Source of the DNA: Bdellovibrionota bacterium
Lineage (GTDB): Bacteria > Bdellovibrionota_G > JALEGL01 > JAGRMV01
DNA: 64,000 nucleotides
Direction of reading: 5' to 3'
Assembly: GCA_041391365.1 (NCBI GenBank)
Contig: JAWKOC010000002.1
Span: 517,300-581,299 of the forward strand
Shown here: positions 51,538 to 63,686 of the stretch, piece after piece
Layout of the letters: every line of letters starts with the position of its first letter
How positions within the stretch are numbered: position 1 is the first letter of the stretch
Made by a program: the position numbers and the translations under genes
The notes under the pieces: generated by a model
What the model saw: only the letters and a program-made list of their open reading frames with translations
The model's database searches: none
What the model was told of the DNA's origin: nothing

Positions 51538-52823
51538 TTACAAAAATTTCTCAGGGCCACGTTGTGGATCCCAGTCAAAACATCGATCAGGTGATGGATG
51601 TATATCTGCAAGATGACCATATCTTGGGGATGTGCCCAACCCATAGCTCTTTGCCTGTTTCGGTGGATCGGACCCTCGATGCTTCGGGAAAGTATGTGGC
51701 ACCAGGGTTTGTGGACATTCATGTTCACTTGAGAGATCCAGGACAAACCCACAAAGAAGACATTGAAACGGGTAGCCAAGCTGCTGTGGCGGGAGGTTTT
51801 ACGAGCATCATGTGCATGCCCAATACCGTTCCCGCAATCGACAGCGTGGATACCGTTGCGTACATTTTGAAAAAAGCCAAGGACCTGGCACTCTGCCATG
51901 TTTATCCTGTGGGAGCGGTTTCCAAAAACCTCATGGGAAAAGAACTCACTCCTCTTGAAGACCTCAAAAAAGCTGGATGCGTTGCCTTTTCAGATGATGG
52001 TAAACCTGTAGAAGACACGGCACTGCTACGAAAAGCTTTGGAACGAACGCGAGCCCTTGATGTTCCTCTGATCGAACATTGTGAAGAAAGCGATTTGTCG
52101 CGGGCATTGGTGACCATCAACGAAGGAAACATCTCCAAAAAACTCGGAATCAAAGGTCTTCCACATTCTGCGGAGACCGTGGATGTAGCGCGGTTGATTG
52201 CACTGAGTTTGGAAACCAAAGCCAAGGTGCATCTGGCCCATTTGTCATGTGCACAGTCTGTGGAGTTTTTAAAATCCATTCGAGACCTTTCACATTCCAT
52301 CACCTCGGAAGTGACGCCTCATCATCTTTTGCTCACCGATCAGGTCATCGAGACTTTGGGAACGTGTGGAAAAATGTATCCACCTCTTCGCACCGAACAT
52401 GATGTTGACCAAATGGTACAAGGTCTATCTCAAGGTTGGATTGATGCGGTGGCGACGGACCATGCTCCTCACACACAAAAAGAAAAGAATGTCGATTTTG
52501 CAAAAGCACCCAATGGAGTGATTGGTTTGGAAACAGCTCTGGAAGTGTTGCTTGTGCTTGTGCAAGATAAAAAAATTGCGCTCAAGGATTTGATTGCAGC
52601 CATGTCCACCAAACCCGCCAAAATCATGGGGCTTCCCGCAGGAACGATGAAAAAAAATGCTCCAGCAGATGTAGTTGTGTTTTCGATCGAAGAGACCAAC
52701 GACAATCAGGATCGGCAGTTTCGATCCAAATCTCAAAATACGGCTTTTCGAAATTTTCAAAGTCGTGGAAAAATATGGTCAACGTTTGTTCAGGGTAGGG
52801 AGGTTTTTTCACAGTGGAGTTGA
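51534..52823 (+). CDS. pyrC: Dihydroorotase
   Basis: DIHVHLRDPG metal-binding motif and amidohydrolase fold. 4-nt overlap with pyrB. Confidence 0.9.
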   Translation: MITKISQGHVVDPSQNIDQVMDVYLQDDHILGMCPTHSSLPVSVDRTLDASGKYVAPGFVDIHVHLRDPGQTHKEDIETGSQAAVAGGFTSIMCMPNTVPAIDSVDTVAYILKKAKDLALCHVYPVGAVSKNLMGKELTPLEDLKKAGCVAFSDDGKPVEDTALLRKALERTRALDVPLIEHCEESDLSRALVTINEGNISKKLGIKGLPHSAETVDVARLIALSLETKAKVHLAHLSCAQSVEFLKSIRDLSHSITSEVTPHHLLLTDQVIETLGTCGKMYPPLRTEHDVDQMVQGLSQGWIDAVATDHAPHTQKEKNVDFAKAPNGVIGLETALEVLLVLVQDKKIALKDLIAAMSTKPAKIMGLPAGTMKKNAPADVVVFSIEETNDNQDRQFRSKSQNTAFRNFQSRGKIWSTFVQGREVFSQWS

Positions 52824-53923
52824 AAAAAGCAGCCATCTATTTGGAAGATGGGACACGATTGGAAGGCAAATCCTTCGGGTCGAATGTGACCCAAGGAGGA
52901 GAAATCGTTTTTCATACGGGAATGACGGGATATCAAGAGATTCTTACAGATCCATCGTATTGTGGGCAGATTGTGGTCATGACCTATCCCCACATTGGAA
53001 ACTATGGCATTCATGGAGCAGACAATGAATCATCATCAGTTCATTTGTCAGGTTTTGTGGTTGGAGACTATCCACAAAAGCACAAGCAATGGAGATCCGA
53101 AACCAGTTTGCATCAATTTTTAATGGACCATAACATTCCCGGCATATTTGATGTAGATACGCGCATGCTTACGCGCAAGATTCGGGACAGAGGTTCAATG
53201 AGAGCCTTGATCAGCTGTGAAGACCTGGATACCGCCAAAAAGAAATTGTCTCAGGTTCCGAGCATGGAAGGTCAAAATCTTATTCATCAGGTCGCATGCA
53301 AAGAGCCCTATGTCTGGGAAAATCGCACAAGTCAAACGCATCCAATCACGATCGTTGTCGTGGACTGCGGAATCAAATGGAACATTTTGCGCAGCTTTGA
53401 TCAGTTGGGCGTTCGGTGCGTTGTGGTTCCTCCCTTGATTACAGCCGAGGCCATCTTGTCGTACAAACCAAACGGTCTTTTTCTTTCCAACGGCCCTGGA
53501 GATCCTGCTGCCGTGGAAGGTCTTCCCAGCGTGGTGGAGCAATTGTTTGGCAAAATGCCCATCTTTGGTATTTGTTTGGGACACCAGATGTTGGCGCTTG
53601 CACTGGGCGCAAAAACATTTAAACTCCCGTTTGGCCACCATGGCGCGAATCATCCGGTGCGAAATGAATCCAATCAAAAGATTGAAATCACTTCTCAAAA
53701 CCATGGGTTTGCGGTGGAGCGGGAGTCTTTGGAAAAAGCAGCGGTATCCAAAAACATTGATCTTCGCATTTCACATATTCATCTTACGGATGATACGGTG
53801 GAAGGCTTTGAATTGCCCGGTCTGAATGTGAAAGCCATTCAATATCATCCAGAGGCTTGTCCGGGTCCTCATGATTCGGCGTACTTGTTTAAGGAGTTTG
53901 TAGCATGTTTAAAGACGAAATAA
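52814..53923 (+). CDS. carA: Carbamoyl-phosphate synthase small subunit
   Basis: CarA N-domain and class I glutamine amidotransferase domain (GICLGHQ). Confidence 0.95.
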   Translation: MELKKAAIYLEDGTRLEGKSFGSNVTQGGEIVFHTGMTGYQEILTDPSYCGQIVVMTYPHIGNYGIHGADNESSSVHLSGFVVGDYPQKHKQWRSETSLHQFLMDHNIPGIFDVDTRMLTRKIRDRGSMRALISCEDLDTAKKKLSQVPSMEGQNLIHQVACKEPYVWENRTSQTHPITIVVVDCGIKWNILRSFDQLGVRCVVVPPLITAEAILSYKPNGLFLSNGPGDPAAVEGLPSVVEQLFGKMPIFGICLGHQMLALALGAKTFKLPFGHHGANHPVRNESNQKIEITSQNHGFAVERESLEKAAVSKNIDLRISHIHLTDDTVEGFELPGLNVKAIQYHPEACPGPHDSAYLFKEFVACLKTK

Positions 53924-54561
53924 ATCATCTGTCTGAGTTTTTTGGCAAAGACATTTATCAACAAGAACTCAATGATGCCAGCACAGAGTTTTCTTCCAAA
54001 ATTGGAAAAGTATTTGAAGATGAACCCATGTATGAAAACTGGAGCACCACGTTTTACCACTGGTATCTTTTTGATCGAGCCATGACGGGGTTGGCGATTC
54101 CACCCATCTATTTGTATGAGAGACTCTTTGCGGATCAATTGAGTGAAGTTCAAAAGAAAATGCATGATTCTTTTATGGACAGTCGATTGTCTCTTTTTCA
54201 GATTGAATCTATTTCCAAAGTGGTCGTGGCCAGAGATTTGATTCGCGACCTGAGACTGAGCATCTCCGGATACGAAGTTCCCAGTTTTCTCAAGCGAGGA
54301 GAGTTGGCCATTTTGCGAGTGTTCTCAGATGGAGAATTTTCCGGAAAAATGGAAGAAGAGTGGTATTTCCCTGAAAACGTAACCCAATCCGTGATTCGTC
54401 AGGTCGAAATGACCGGAAACAAAAAAACATTCGTATTTGAATTGATTCGTCGCAAACTCTTTGCCGAAAAGTTTTCTCATGTTCCCATCGAAGAGATTTT
54501 CAGTTGGAATCCTACCAGTTCGTTGGAGCAAAAGTTTAAATTGAGTGAGTCTTTGCAATGA
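53905..54561 (+). CDS. Protein of unknown function encoded between carA and carB
   Basis: 218-aa ORF. It overlaps the carA end by 19 nt and the carB start by 4 nt (translational coupling). No recognisable motif. Confidence 0.5.
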   Translation: MFKDEINHLSEFFGKDIYQQELNDASTEFSSKIGKVFEDEPMYENWSTTFYHWYLFDRAMTGLAIPPIYLYERLFADQLSEVQKKMHDSFMDSRLSLFQIESISKVVVARDLIRDLRLSISGYEVPSFLKRGELAILRVFSDGEFSGKMEEEWYFPENVTQSVIRQVEMTGNKKTFVFELIRRKLFAEKFSHVPIEEIFSWNPTSSLEQKFKLSESLQ

Positions 54562-57500
54562 GCAAACGAGAGGATTTGTCGTCGATTTTGGTGATTGGAT
54601 CTGGCCCCATCGTGATTGGTCAGGCCTGCGAATTTGATTACAGTGGAACCCAGAGTTTGAAGGCCCTTCGAGAAGAAGGGTATCGAACCATTTTGGTCAA
54701 TTCAAATCCTGCCACCATCATGACCGATCCTCAATATGCTGATGCGACCTATATTGAGCCTTTGACTTGCGACACCTTGGAGAAGGTGATCGCTGCAGAA
54801 AAGCCCGATGCCATTTTGCCAACCATGGGGGGCCAAACGGCTCTCAATCTTGCGTTGGAGCTCCACAAAAAAGGGATTTTGGAGAAGTACAATGTAGAGT
54901 TGATCGGTGCGCGAATCGATTCCATTCAAAAGGCTGAAGATCGAGATCTGTTCAAAAAAGTTCTCGACCAATTGGGCATTGGATATCCCAAAAGCAAGAT
55001 TGTTCACAGCTGGGAAACCGCTCAGCAAGTGTTGGATGAAATCTCATTGCCCTTGATCATACGACCATCCTTCACACTGGGTGGATCGGGGGCCAGCTTT
55101 GCCTACAACCAAGACGAATTTGAAGTCTTGGTCAAACGAGCATTGGAAATGAGTCCCGTCAATGAAGTTTTGGTGGAAGAATCCATCCTCGGTTGGAAAG
55201 AGTTTGAACTTGAAATGATGAGAGATCGCAACGACAACGTCATTGTGGTTTGCTCTATTGAGAATCTTGATCCGGTAGGTGTGCATACAGGTGATAGCAT
55301 CACCGTAGCTCCTGCCCAGACTCTTTCTGATCAAGAATATCAACGTATGAGAGACTATTCTTTGGATATCATGAGAGCCATTGGAATTGATTCAGGTGGA
55401 TCAAACATTCAATATGCGGTCCATCCCGACAATGGAATGGTGTACTGCATTGAGATGAATCCTCGTGTGTCTCGTAGCTCTGCGCTGGCTTCCAAGGCCA
55501 CGGGATATCCCATTGCAAAATTCGCGGCCAAGTTGGCGGTAGGCTATACCCTGGATGAATTGGTCAACGACATCACAAAAGTTTCCAAAGCTTCATTTGA
55601 ACCGACCATCGACTACGTGGTGACCAAAATTCCACGATTTGATTTCGAAAAATTCAAAAAAACCAACAAAGTTCTTGGACCCCAAATGAAAGCTGTCGGA
55701 GAAGTGATGGCCATTGGGAGAAACTTTCGGGAGTCCTTTCAAAAAGCCCTCCGATCTTTGGAAAAAGGAGTGTATGCATTTCAAGACAAATGGATTTCCA
55801 AAGCCACCGACCAAGAGTTATTGCAAAAAATTTCATTGCAAACCCCCTCACGAATTTTGTCTCTGGCTGAAGCTTTTCGTCGGAAACTTCCTTTGGAGGA
55901 CATTTACGAAAAAACAAAAATTGATTGGTGGTTTTTGTATCAATTTGAGCACATGATTCAAATTGAAGATGAGTTGTTTTCTCTGCCTTTGGAAACATGG
56001 ACTTTTGATCATTGGTTTGAAGCTAAGAAAAATGGAATCAGTGACAAGCGTATCGCGGAAATGGCACAGCTCTCTGAACAGGAAGTTCGACAAAAAAGAC
56101 ATGATCAAGGTGTAAGACCTGTGTACAAAATGGTGGATACCTGCGGAGCCGAGTTTGAATCTCACACCAACTATCTGTACTCTTGTTACGCTCAAGAAGA
56201 TGAAGCCATCCCAACCAAACGAAAGAAAGTGATCGTATTGGGAAGCGGTCCCAATCGAATTGGTCAGGGAGTGGAGTTTGATTATTGCTGTGTTCATGCG
56301 AGCCAGTCGCTAAAGAAGTTTGGTGTCGAAAGCATCATGGTCAATTGCAACCCCGAAACGGTCTCCACAGACTATGACATTTCGGATCGCTTGTATTTTG
56401 AGCCTTTGACGGAAGAAGATGTGTTCGAAATCATCTTGCGCGAACAACCCGATGGAGTGATCTTGCAATTTGGGGGACAAACCCCTCTGAAACTTTCAAA
56501 ATTTTTGCATGAAAAAGGTGTAACCATTTTGGGAACCTCGATGAATTCCATCGAAATAGCCGAAGACCGAAAACGGTTTTCTCATCTTTTAACATCATTG
56601 GATATCCAACAAACCAAGAGCAAGACGATTCTTCATTTGGAAGAGTTGGAATCTGTTTTGGAGGGACTCGATTTTCCATTGATGGTTCGACCTTCCTTTG
56701 TGTTGGGTGGAAGAGCGATGGAGATCGTGCGAAACAAAGAAGATCTGCTTTCATATCTCCATGAAGCGGTGAAAGTCTCTCCTGAGCATCCCATTTTGGT
56801 GGACCAATATTTGGAGAACTCTATCGAAATTGATGTGGATGCCATCAGCGATGGCCAGAGCTGTTATGTTGCAGGCATCATGCAACACATTGAACAAGCG
56901 GGGGTTCATTCTGGAGATAGCTCATGCGTGCTGCCTCCTGTTTCTCTCTCTCAAAACGTATTGCACATGATTGAGTCACAAACCCAAAAAATAGCCAAAG
57001 CCCTAGAGGTTAAGGGATTGATGAATATCCAATTTGCTTTGCAAGGAGAAAATCTGTTTGTTTTGGAAGTCAATCCTCGCGCATCACGTACAGTTCCGTT
57101 TGTATCCAAAGCCATTGGAGTATCTTTGGTGGAAGAGACACTCAAGATTCTTTTGGGAGAGAGACTTTCTCTTAAAACATTTGAAGATGCTCAGCAGAGA
57201 AGAAAACATTTTTACAGTGTAAAATCTCCCGTGTTTCCTTTTGTGAAGTTTTCTGATGAGGACACCATCTTGGGCCCCGAGATGAAATCCACCGGCGAAG
57301 TGATGGGCATGGATGAATCCTGGGAAATAGCTTTTGGAAAAGCTCAAATCGCATCCGGAAACAAATTGCCTGCGCAAGGCTGTGTGTTTTTGAGTGTCAA
57401 CGATATGGACAAAGCAAAGGTCATTGATCTTGCCAAGCTTCTCAGAGAATTGGGATTTGACCTTGTATCGACCAAGGGGACTGCGCAGTTTCTGTCTGAC

Positions 57501-57773
57501 CAGGGCATAGAAGTGGCCAAAGTCAGTAAAGTCAATGAAGGTCGTCCTCACATCGTAGACAAAATGATTGATCGAGAGATTCATTTGGTGATCAACACAA
57601 CCATGGGAAAACACTCCATCAAAGATTCCTATTCAATTCGCCGAACGGCTCTTGAAAAGGGGATTCCCTATTTTACGACGGTGGAAGGTGGCATTGCAGC
57701 AGCGAAATCCATTCAGAATATGTCCACGGGAAAAGGGATTTCTGTTGTAAAATTGCAATCGTTGTTTTCGTGA
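54558..57773 (+). CDS. carB: Carbamoyl-phosphate synthase large subunit
   Basis: Two ATP-grasp halves, an oligomerisation domain and an MGS-like domain. Full-length homology. Confidence 0.97.
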   Translation: MSKREDLSSILVIGSGPIVIGQACEFDYSGTQSLKALREEGYRTILVNSNPATIMTDPQYADATYIEPLTCDTLEKVIAAEKPDAILPTMGGQTALNLALELHKKGILEKYNVELIGARIDSIQKAEDRDLFKKVLDQLGIGYPKSKIVHSWETAQQVLDEISLPLIIRPSFTLGGSGASFAYNQDEFEVLVKRALEMSPVNEVLVEESILGWKEFELEMMRDRNDNVIVVCSIENLDPVGVHTGDSITVAPAQTLSDQEYQRMRDYSLDIMRAIGIDSGGSNIQYAVHPDNGMVYCIEMNPRVSRSSALASKATGYPIAKFAAKLAVGYTLDELVNDITKVSKASFEPTIDYVVTKIPRFDFEKFKKTNKVLGPQMKAVGEVMAIGRNFRESFQKALRSLEKGVYAFQDKWISKATDQELLQKISLQTPSRILSLAEAFRRKLPLEDIYEKTKIDWWFLYQFEHMIQIEDELFSLPLETWTFDHWFEAKKNGISDKRIAEMAQLSEQEVRQKRHDQGVRPVYKMVDTCGAEFESHTNYLYSCYAQEDEAIPTKRKKVIVLGSGPNRIGQGVEFDYCCVHASQSLKKFGVESIMVNCNPETVSTDYDISDRLYFEPLTEEDVFEIILREQPDGVILQFGGQTPLKLSKFLHEKGVTILGTSMNSIEIAEDRKRFSHLLTSLDIQQTKSKTILHLEELESVLEGLDFPLMVRPSFVLGGRAMEIVRNKEDLLSYLHEAVKVSPEHPILVDQYLENSIEIDVDAISDGQSCYVAGIMQHIEQAGVHSGDSSCVLPPVSLSQNVLHMIESQTQKIAKALEVKGLMNIQFALQGENLFVLEVNPRASRTVPFVSKAIGVSLVEETLKILLGERLSLKTFEDAQQRRKHFYSVKSPVFPFVKFSDEDTILGPEMKSTGEVMGMDESWEIAFGKAQIASGNKLPAQGCVFLSVNDMDKAKVIDLAKLLRELGFDLVSTKGTAQFLSDQGIEVAKVSKVNEGRPHIVDKMIDREIHLVINTTMGKHSIKDSYSIRRTALEKGIPYFTTVEGGIAAAKSIQNMSTGKGISVVKLQSLFS

Positions 57774-60201
57774 CCTTGGAAAAAAACAACACTCTTCTTC
57801 GGGCCATTGATCGGCCGCTGCGGTTTTTGCAGGAAAGTCAATTGAGTAACCCGGCCTTTGTCAAAAATCTCGTTTCCCATGTTCAAAAAACATGTGAATC
57901 GGCCAAGAGTCATCCATCTACAAAAATTCGAGTTTTGTTTGCTGATGTAGGTCAATGGTTTGATCAGTTTTTCGCTCAAGATATGGAACAAAAAAAAGAA
58001 ACCATATCCAAAGTGCTGACACGGATCGATCAGGTGGAAGAAGATCTTTCTCAGCCGGTGTTGTTTCAGTCCGATGATCATCCCATCTATACCATTGATC
58101 AAATTCGTGAAAAGCAAAAGGAGCTCGACAAGCGTGTTCAGTTTGTCAAAGGGGTGGGTCCCGTCATTGCGGAAAAATTTTTGAAGGCGAGGGTTCTTAC
58201 ACTCGCGGATTTGTTTTCTTTTTTGCCTACTCGATACGAGGATCGGAAAACCATTGTATCGATCGGCCAGCTTCAAGATGGTCAGCACGCAACCATTCTC
58301 GGAGAAATTTGTTTCCAGGGTATGAGTTATTACAAGGGACTTCGACGACGAGTGTTTGAAATGGTGGTGGATGATTCTTCTGGGCAGATCAAACTCAAAT
58401 GGTTTCAGTTTCACTATCAAAGTCTTGAAAAGAAGGTCAAACGGGGGGCCAAGGTCATTGTTTCTGGCAAGGTCAAGCGCTATCGAAACCAAATGGAAAT
58501 GCATCATCCAGATTTTGAAATTTTCTCGGGAGAAAAAGATGCATTGAGTTTTGGTCGGATCATTCCCATCTACCGTGAAATTGGAAATCTCTATCAAAAG
58601 ACACTTCGAAAAATCATGTTTGAGGCCACCACCAGAGAACTTTCTTCCAAGGTTTGCCTATTGCCTCCAGACATTTGCGAGAAGATGAATTTTCTTCCTC
58701 CATGGAAAGCTCTGCAGAAGTTGCATTTGCCCGAAGTGCTCCCCACCGAAGACCAGAAAGCTCTTTGGGAGAGGCATTTGGCTTTTGAAGAATTGTTTTT
58801 TTATACCTTTGCATTGCTTCATCGCAAGATTCATCAAAAGCGAATGCCTGGAATTGCCTTTGATGGTCCAAGTCCTCGGTCCGATATTCTCATCGGATCA
58901 TTGCCCTTTGAACTCACGGATGCTCAAAAAGAGTTCTTGGGACGATTCAAGAGGATATGAAAAAGCCTTTTGCCATGAATCGACTCTTGCAAGGAGATGT
59001 TGGCAGTGGAAAAACGATTGTCGCCTTTTTGAGTGCGCTGAGAGCCATTGACCATGGGTATCAAGTTTCGTTGATGGCTCCCACTGAGATTCTTGCCGAG
59101 CAGCATTGGAAGAAACTCAGCAAGATTGCTAGTCAGTTGGATGTGCGGGTGGAACTTCTTGTGGGCAAGACCAAAAAAGCCGACAAAGAAATCATTGTGA
59201 ATCGATTGCTTGCGGGAGAGATTGATTTGCTCATTGGCACGCATGCCTTGATCACACAAAACGTTCAATTCAAAAAACTGGGTTTGGTGATTGTGGATGA
59301 GCAGCATCGTTTTGGAGTTCGTCAAAAAGAAAGCATACGGGACAAAGGAGCACAACCTGATGTATTGATCATGTCTGCCACACCCATTCCCCGAACGTTG
59401 GCGCTGACCATTTTTGGAGACTTGGACGTGTCCATTGTGGATGAATTGCCTCAAGGAAGAAAACCCATTCAAACGTCGATCCGATCCGAAAAACATCGAA
59501 CACAAGTCTACGATGCCATTCGCGATACTGTTTCAAAAGGGCAACAAGTCTACATTGTATACCCCTTGGTTGAATCCTCTGCTTACCTGGAAGCCAAGGA
59601 TGCTAAGAGCATGGCAGAGCTGTTCGCGCAGCAAATTTTTCCGGATCTTACGCTGGGCCTCATTCATGGCCAGCTCAAAGCCGATGAAAAAGACCAAGTG
59701 ATGAAACAGTTTCTGGAAGGGGACATTCAAATTCTGGTTTCTACCACCGTGATTGAAGTCGGTATTGATGTTCCCAACGCCACCATGATGGTCATTGAGC
59801 ATCCCGATCGTTTTGGACTCAGCCAATTGCATCAGTTGAGAGGGAGAGTGGGGCGAAGCGACCTGGCCTCCTCATGCATTTTACTCCTGCCTCCCAAGAT
59901 TTCTCAACAAGCCAAATCTCGTCTTCGACATTTTGAACAAATTCATGATGGTTTTGCTCTGGCGGAGGAGGATCTCAAGCTCAGAGGACCAGGAGATTTT
60001 TTTGGTGTAGCTCAATCTGGAATGCCTCATTTTTCTGCGGCGCAATTTCCGAGAGATATGGACCTTATGGAAAAAGCGCGTAGAGAATCCGCACGAATTT
60101 TGGACATGGATCCCAAACTCGATGATCCGGGACATCGTCATTTGTTATGGGTCATTGAAAACATCTGGAAAGAACGATTGAAGCTTGCTCAAGTGGGCTA
60201 G
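57770..60201 (+). CDS. recG: ATP-dependent DNA helicase RecG (apparent frameshift, probably a sequencing error)
   Basis: ORF 57770..58960 carries the wedge/N-domain. ORF 58957..60201 carries the helicase domains. The downstream frame already reads [32 protein letters not shown] upstream of its Met. An A5 run at 58926..58930 read as A6 fuses the two. Confidence 0.88.
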
Positions 60202-60222
60202 CGTTCGATTCCACAACACCTG

Positions 60223-60239
60223 GGTGGGAGACTCCCACC
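60223..60239 (+). terminator. Stem-loop 20 nt after the recG stop (GGTGGGA-gac-TCCCACC), no U tract
   Basis: 7-bp GC-rich hairpin read directly from the sequence. Confidence 0.3.
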
Positions 60240-60420
60240 AAACTTTGAGACATTGACGCGTGTGAAATAATGAATATATATGCGAAAAAAAAATAGCGAC
60301 CAAGGGCCATTCGAAGGAGGGGAAGAATAGATCCCTTGATCGCCTTTATTCGCCTGTAACCCCAGTTGAAGATCATACCATTTCTAGGGGGAAATGAGGT
60401 TGTGGCACAATCTCCAAAGA

Positions 60421-60497
60421 AGCTTTCGCTCCCTTTGGTTTTACATCAGCGAAACTTTGTATAAATCGTTTTGACCCCCAAAGTAAAGTTTTTTTTT
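60421..60497 (+). terminator. Structured region ending in a T9 tract (plus-strand Rho-independent-terminator-like)
   Basis: Nested pairings TTTCGCT/AGCGAAA and CCTTTGG/CCAAAG, followed by TTTTTTTTT at 60489..60497. Confidence 0.35.
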
Positions 60498-60623
60498 ATG
60501 ACCCTATGATCTTCTTTTATTATACACAGTGTGACAAAAAATCCAACCGACAATTTTGTGAAAATGCTCGCTGAGAAGCACATTGAATTCAGTATCTTGC
60601 ATAAAAATGAACAAAAAATGCAT

Positions 60624-60647
60624 AAATCTCTTTTTTTAAAGAGATTT
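60624..60647 (-). terminator. Terminator hairpin of the acyl-CoA ligase gene
   Basis: AAATCTCTTT-tttt-AAAGAGATTT 10-bp stem, 8 nt after the stop. On the minus strand it is followed by a T-rich tract. Confidence 0.6.
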
Positions 60648-60654
60648 GTATGAG

Positions 60655-62526
60655 CTACGCGCTCATCTCTTCAAATAGGCTACGAATCTCTTCTTGGTAG
60701 TGTTTTCGAATGACTTTGCGTCGGGTTTTGAGTGTTGGAGTGATTTCTCCACGCTCAAGCGAAAACGGTTCTACCAGCAAATGAAAATTTTTGATTTGCT
60801 GATACGAGGATAAATTGCGATTGACGCGTTCAATTACCTTTTCAAAAAGTTCTTTGGTTTTTGGGTGGGCCAGCAACTCTTGTTTGTTGGTGGCTGTGAT
60901 GCCCATTTTGCGAGCTCTTTTTTCCAAAAATTCAAAACTAGGAACGATCAAGACGCCGATCGTTTTTTGTCCTTCTCCAACCAGGCAGGCCTGTTCGATC
61001 ATGGCATGAGAGATGAGTTCATTCTCGATGGGTTGAGGTGCGATCTTTTTCCCGCCCGAGGTTACGATGAGTTCTTTGATTCGATCGGTGATTTTCAAAT
61101 AACCGTCTTCATCGATCACTCCAATGTCCCCTGTACGGAAATAACCATCTTCGGTGAATACGTCTCGTGTGGCTTGCTCATCTTTGTAGTATCCCAACAT
61201 CACGTTGGGGCCTTTGACCAAGATTTCTCCGTCTTCGGAAATCTTGATGTTTACATGTTCCAAAGCAGGACCCACGGTTCCAATTTTGTTTTTCTCAGGT
61301 CGATTGACGGTGACCACGGGAGAAGTTTCTGTGAGCCCGTAGCCTTCCAAAACGGTAATTCCTGCGGCTTTGAAAAATTGTCCTATGCTAGGTGTGAGAG
61401 CCGCACCACCACAAATCACATAGCGTAGGCGCTGTCCGAGCGATTGGCGGACTTTGACAAAAAACATTCGATCAAAAATCATCGAAAGTGTTTTTTCAAA
61501 AATGTTTTTTCTCGTCTTGGTCGACAAGGTGATGGAATAGCGAAACAAAAATTGGATGAATCGAGATTTTTCTCCTACTTTTTCGCTTACCTTGTTGTAG
61601 ACCTTTTCCAACACGCGTGGAACACAGACCAACAGCGTTGGCCGCGTTTCCAATAGGTCGTCAGCCATTTTGGCAATCGACTGTGCAAAATTGATTTTAC
61701 CCCCAAACAAAATGACCGTGTACAAGCCAGCCATTCGCTCCAGCGCGTGACTCAAGGGCAAGAAAGATAGTGTGGAATCCAAGACGCCAACATCTACGAT
61801 GCTTTCGGCTCCCATACAATTGGAAAGAATGTTGTTGTGGGAAAGCATCACGCCCTTGGGGTTTCCAGTCGTGCCAGAGGTATAGATGATGGTGGCCATA
61901 TCATCCGAAGAAATGTTTTTTACGCAGTCAAAATAATCGAGGGATGTTGCGGCTGCATTGGGTTTTTCCAGATCTTTGTAGTAGACGATGCCGCGATCCA
62001 AATCAGAAAAAGGATCAAAACTGACCCATTGCAATTCGGATTGGTTCTTTTGCGCGCGAATCTCACGGATTCGCTCGATGCGAGAAACATCAGAAGCAAA
62101 GACCAGCACCGCATCCGAATGATCGATGATGAAATTGGCTTGAGTAGAGGTGTTGGTGGGATAGATGGGGACCGAGATGGCTCCTAGACTTACGATGGCC
62201 AAGTCAGCCACAACCCATTCGTAGCGGTTTTCACTCAAAATACAGACCTTGTCTCCTGGGCGAACTCCCTTGGACAACAAATGTCGGGTCACATTTTCTA
62301 CCAGGCGGGCAAACGCACTCCAGGTGATTTTTTCCCACTGGCCATTGGCTTTGTAGGTGAGTGCAATTTTGTCTCCCGAGCGAAACGCACGATAGAGAAG
62401 CAAATTGGCAAGGGTGCTGACTTTGCGTTTGGCCTGAATGTTTTTTACGGTATCGATGGTTCCCCCATGGACGTGTGGCATTGGTGTCAACAACGCTTGG
62501 CTTTCTTGTGAATTTCTAGCTAACAA
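60655..62526 (-). CDS. Long-chain-fatty-acid--CoA ligase (AMP-dependent synthetase family)
   Basis: AMP-binding motif IIYTSGTTGNPKGVMLSHNN and acyl-CoA synthetase signature regions. Confidence 0.88.
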   Translation of the reverse strand: MLARNSQESQALLTPMPHVHGGTIDTVKNIQAKRKVSTLANLLLYRAFRSGDKIALTYKANGQWEKITWSAFARLVENVTRHLLSKGVRPGDKVCILSENRYEWVVADLAIVSLGAISVPIYPTNTSTQANFIIDHSDAVLVFASDVSRIERIREIRAQKNQSELQWVSFDPFSDLDRGIVYYKDLEKPNAAATSLDYFDCVKNISSDDMATIIYTSGTTGNPKGVMLSHNNILSNCMGAESIVDVGVLDSTLSFLPLSHALERMAGLYTVILFGGKINFAQSIAKMADDLLETRPTLLVCVPRVLEKVYNKVSEKVGEKSRFIQFLFRYSITLSTKTRKNIFEKTLSMIFDRMFFVKVRQSLGQRLRYVICGGAALTPSIGQFFKAAGITVLEGYGLTETSPVVTVNRPEKNKIGTVGPALEHVNIKISEDGEILVKGPNVMLGYYKDEQATRDVFTEDGYFRTGDIGVIDEDGYLKITDRIKELIVTSGGKKIAPQPIENELISHAMIEQACLVGEGQKTIGVLIVPSFEFLEKRARKMGITATNKQELLAHPKTKELFEKVIERVNRNLSSYQQIKNFHLLVEPFSLERGEITPTLKTRRKVIRKHYQEEIRSLFEEMSA

Positions 62527-62615
62527 AATTGGCCTATGCTAATAATGCATCTTTCTCATTTTGTGAAGTAATCTACAAGATCTCGCAAAGCCTGTTTAGA
62601 CAAGGGGTAGCTGTT

Positions 62616-63686
62616 TTGTTCTCTCGATTGGAAGAAGTTGAAAAAAAGTTTGATGGTTTGGCCGAAAAAATGGCTCAGCCAGAGGTTCTTGCACAGAAAG
62701 ACCTGCTAAATAAAATATCCAAAGAATACGCAGACTTACGGCCTGTGGTCGAGGCTTATCGAGTGTACAAAAAGGTGTGCACAGAGCTGGAAGACAACTA
62801 CCAGCTTTCCAAAGAGTCCGACGAGGAAATGCGGGATTTGGCCTATGCCGAAATCGAAATCTTGGAACCTCGAAAAGAGCAATTGGAGCATGAGCTTCAA
62901 CTCCTTTTGTTGCCCAAGGATCCGCTGGATGAAAAGAACGTTCGTCTCGAAATTCGTGCGGGAACGGGCGGAGAAGAGGCTGGCCTTTTTGCTGCAAATC
63001 TCTTGCGCATGTATCTCCGATACGCGGAAACCCAGAGGTGGGTCGTGGAAATTCTTTCCAAAAGTGAAACCGGCATCGGCGGACTCAAAGAGGTGATCGT
63101 CATGCTAGAGGGACAGAGTGTCTACAGTCAGCTCAAGTTTGAAGGTGGGGTACATCGGGTGCAGCGTGTGCCCGCCACAGAGACCAGCGGTCGGATTCAC
63201 ACCTCGGCCGTGACGGTGGTGGTGATGCCTGAGGCTGATGAAGTCGACGTCAAAATTGATGACAAGGATTTGCAGATCGATGTGATGAGAGCCGGTGGGC
63301 CTGGGGGACAGAGTGTGAACACCACTGACTCCGCGGTTCGAATCACGCACATTCCCTCGGGGCTTGTGGTGGTTTGCCAGGATGAAAAATCCCAACACAA
63401 AAACAAAGCCAAGGCTTTGAAGGTGCTGCGTGCTAGGCTTTTGGAAATTGAACAACAAAAGCAAAATGCAGAAATTTCGTCCAAACGAAAATCCATGGTG
63501 GGATCAGGAGATCGAAGCGAACGGATTCGAACCTACAATTATCCTCAGAGCCGGGTCACGGACCATCGGATCAATTTGACCTTGCACAAGCTCGATCAAA
63601 TCATGGAAGGTGATTTGGAAGAAGTCATTGTAGCGCTGAGAACACACCATCAAACCGAACTGCTCAAAGGTGAAACTTCAGTCTAA
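62616..63686 (+). CDS. prfA: Peptide chain release factor 1
   Basis: PATE tripeptide-anticodon region ([14 protein letters not shown]) and the GGQ motif. Likely TTG start after AAGGGG. Confidence 0.92.
   Translation: MFSRLEEVEKKFDGLAEKMAQPEVLAQKDLLNKISKEYADLRPVVEAYRVYKKVCTELEDNYQLSKESDEEMRDLAYAEIEILEPRKEQLEHELQLLLLPKDPLDEKNVRLEIRAGTGGEEAGLFAANLLRMYLRYAETQRWVVEILSKSETGIGGLKEVIVMLEGQSVYSQLKFEGGVHRVQRVPATETSGRIHTSAVTVVVMPEADEVDVKIDDKDLQIDVMRAGGPGGQSVNTTDSAVRITHIPSGLVVVCQDEKSQHKNKAKALKVLRARLLEIEQQKQNAEISSKRKSMVGSGDRSERIRTYNYPQSRVTDHRINLTLHKLDQIMEGDLEEVIVALRTHHQTELLKGETSV

Noticed and set aside
60152-60376. 74-aa minus-strand ORF in the recG/acyl-CoA ligase intergenic region
   Set aside because: It overlaps the recG 3' end and spans the promoter-like and hairpin elements. 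It has no RBS and looks fortuitous.
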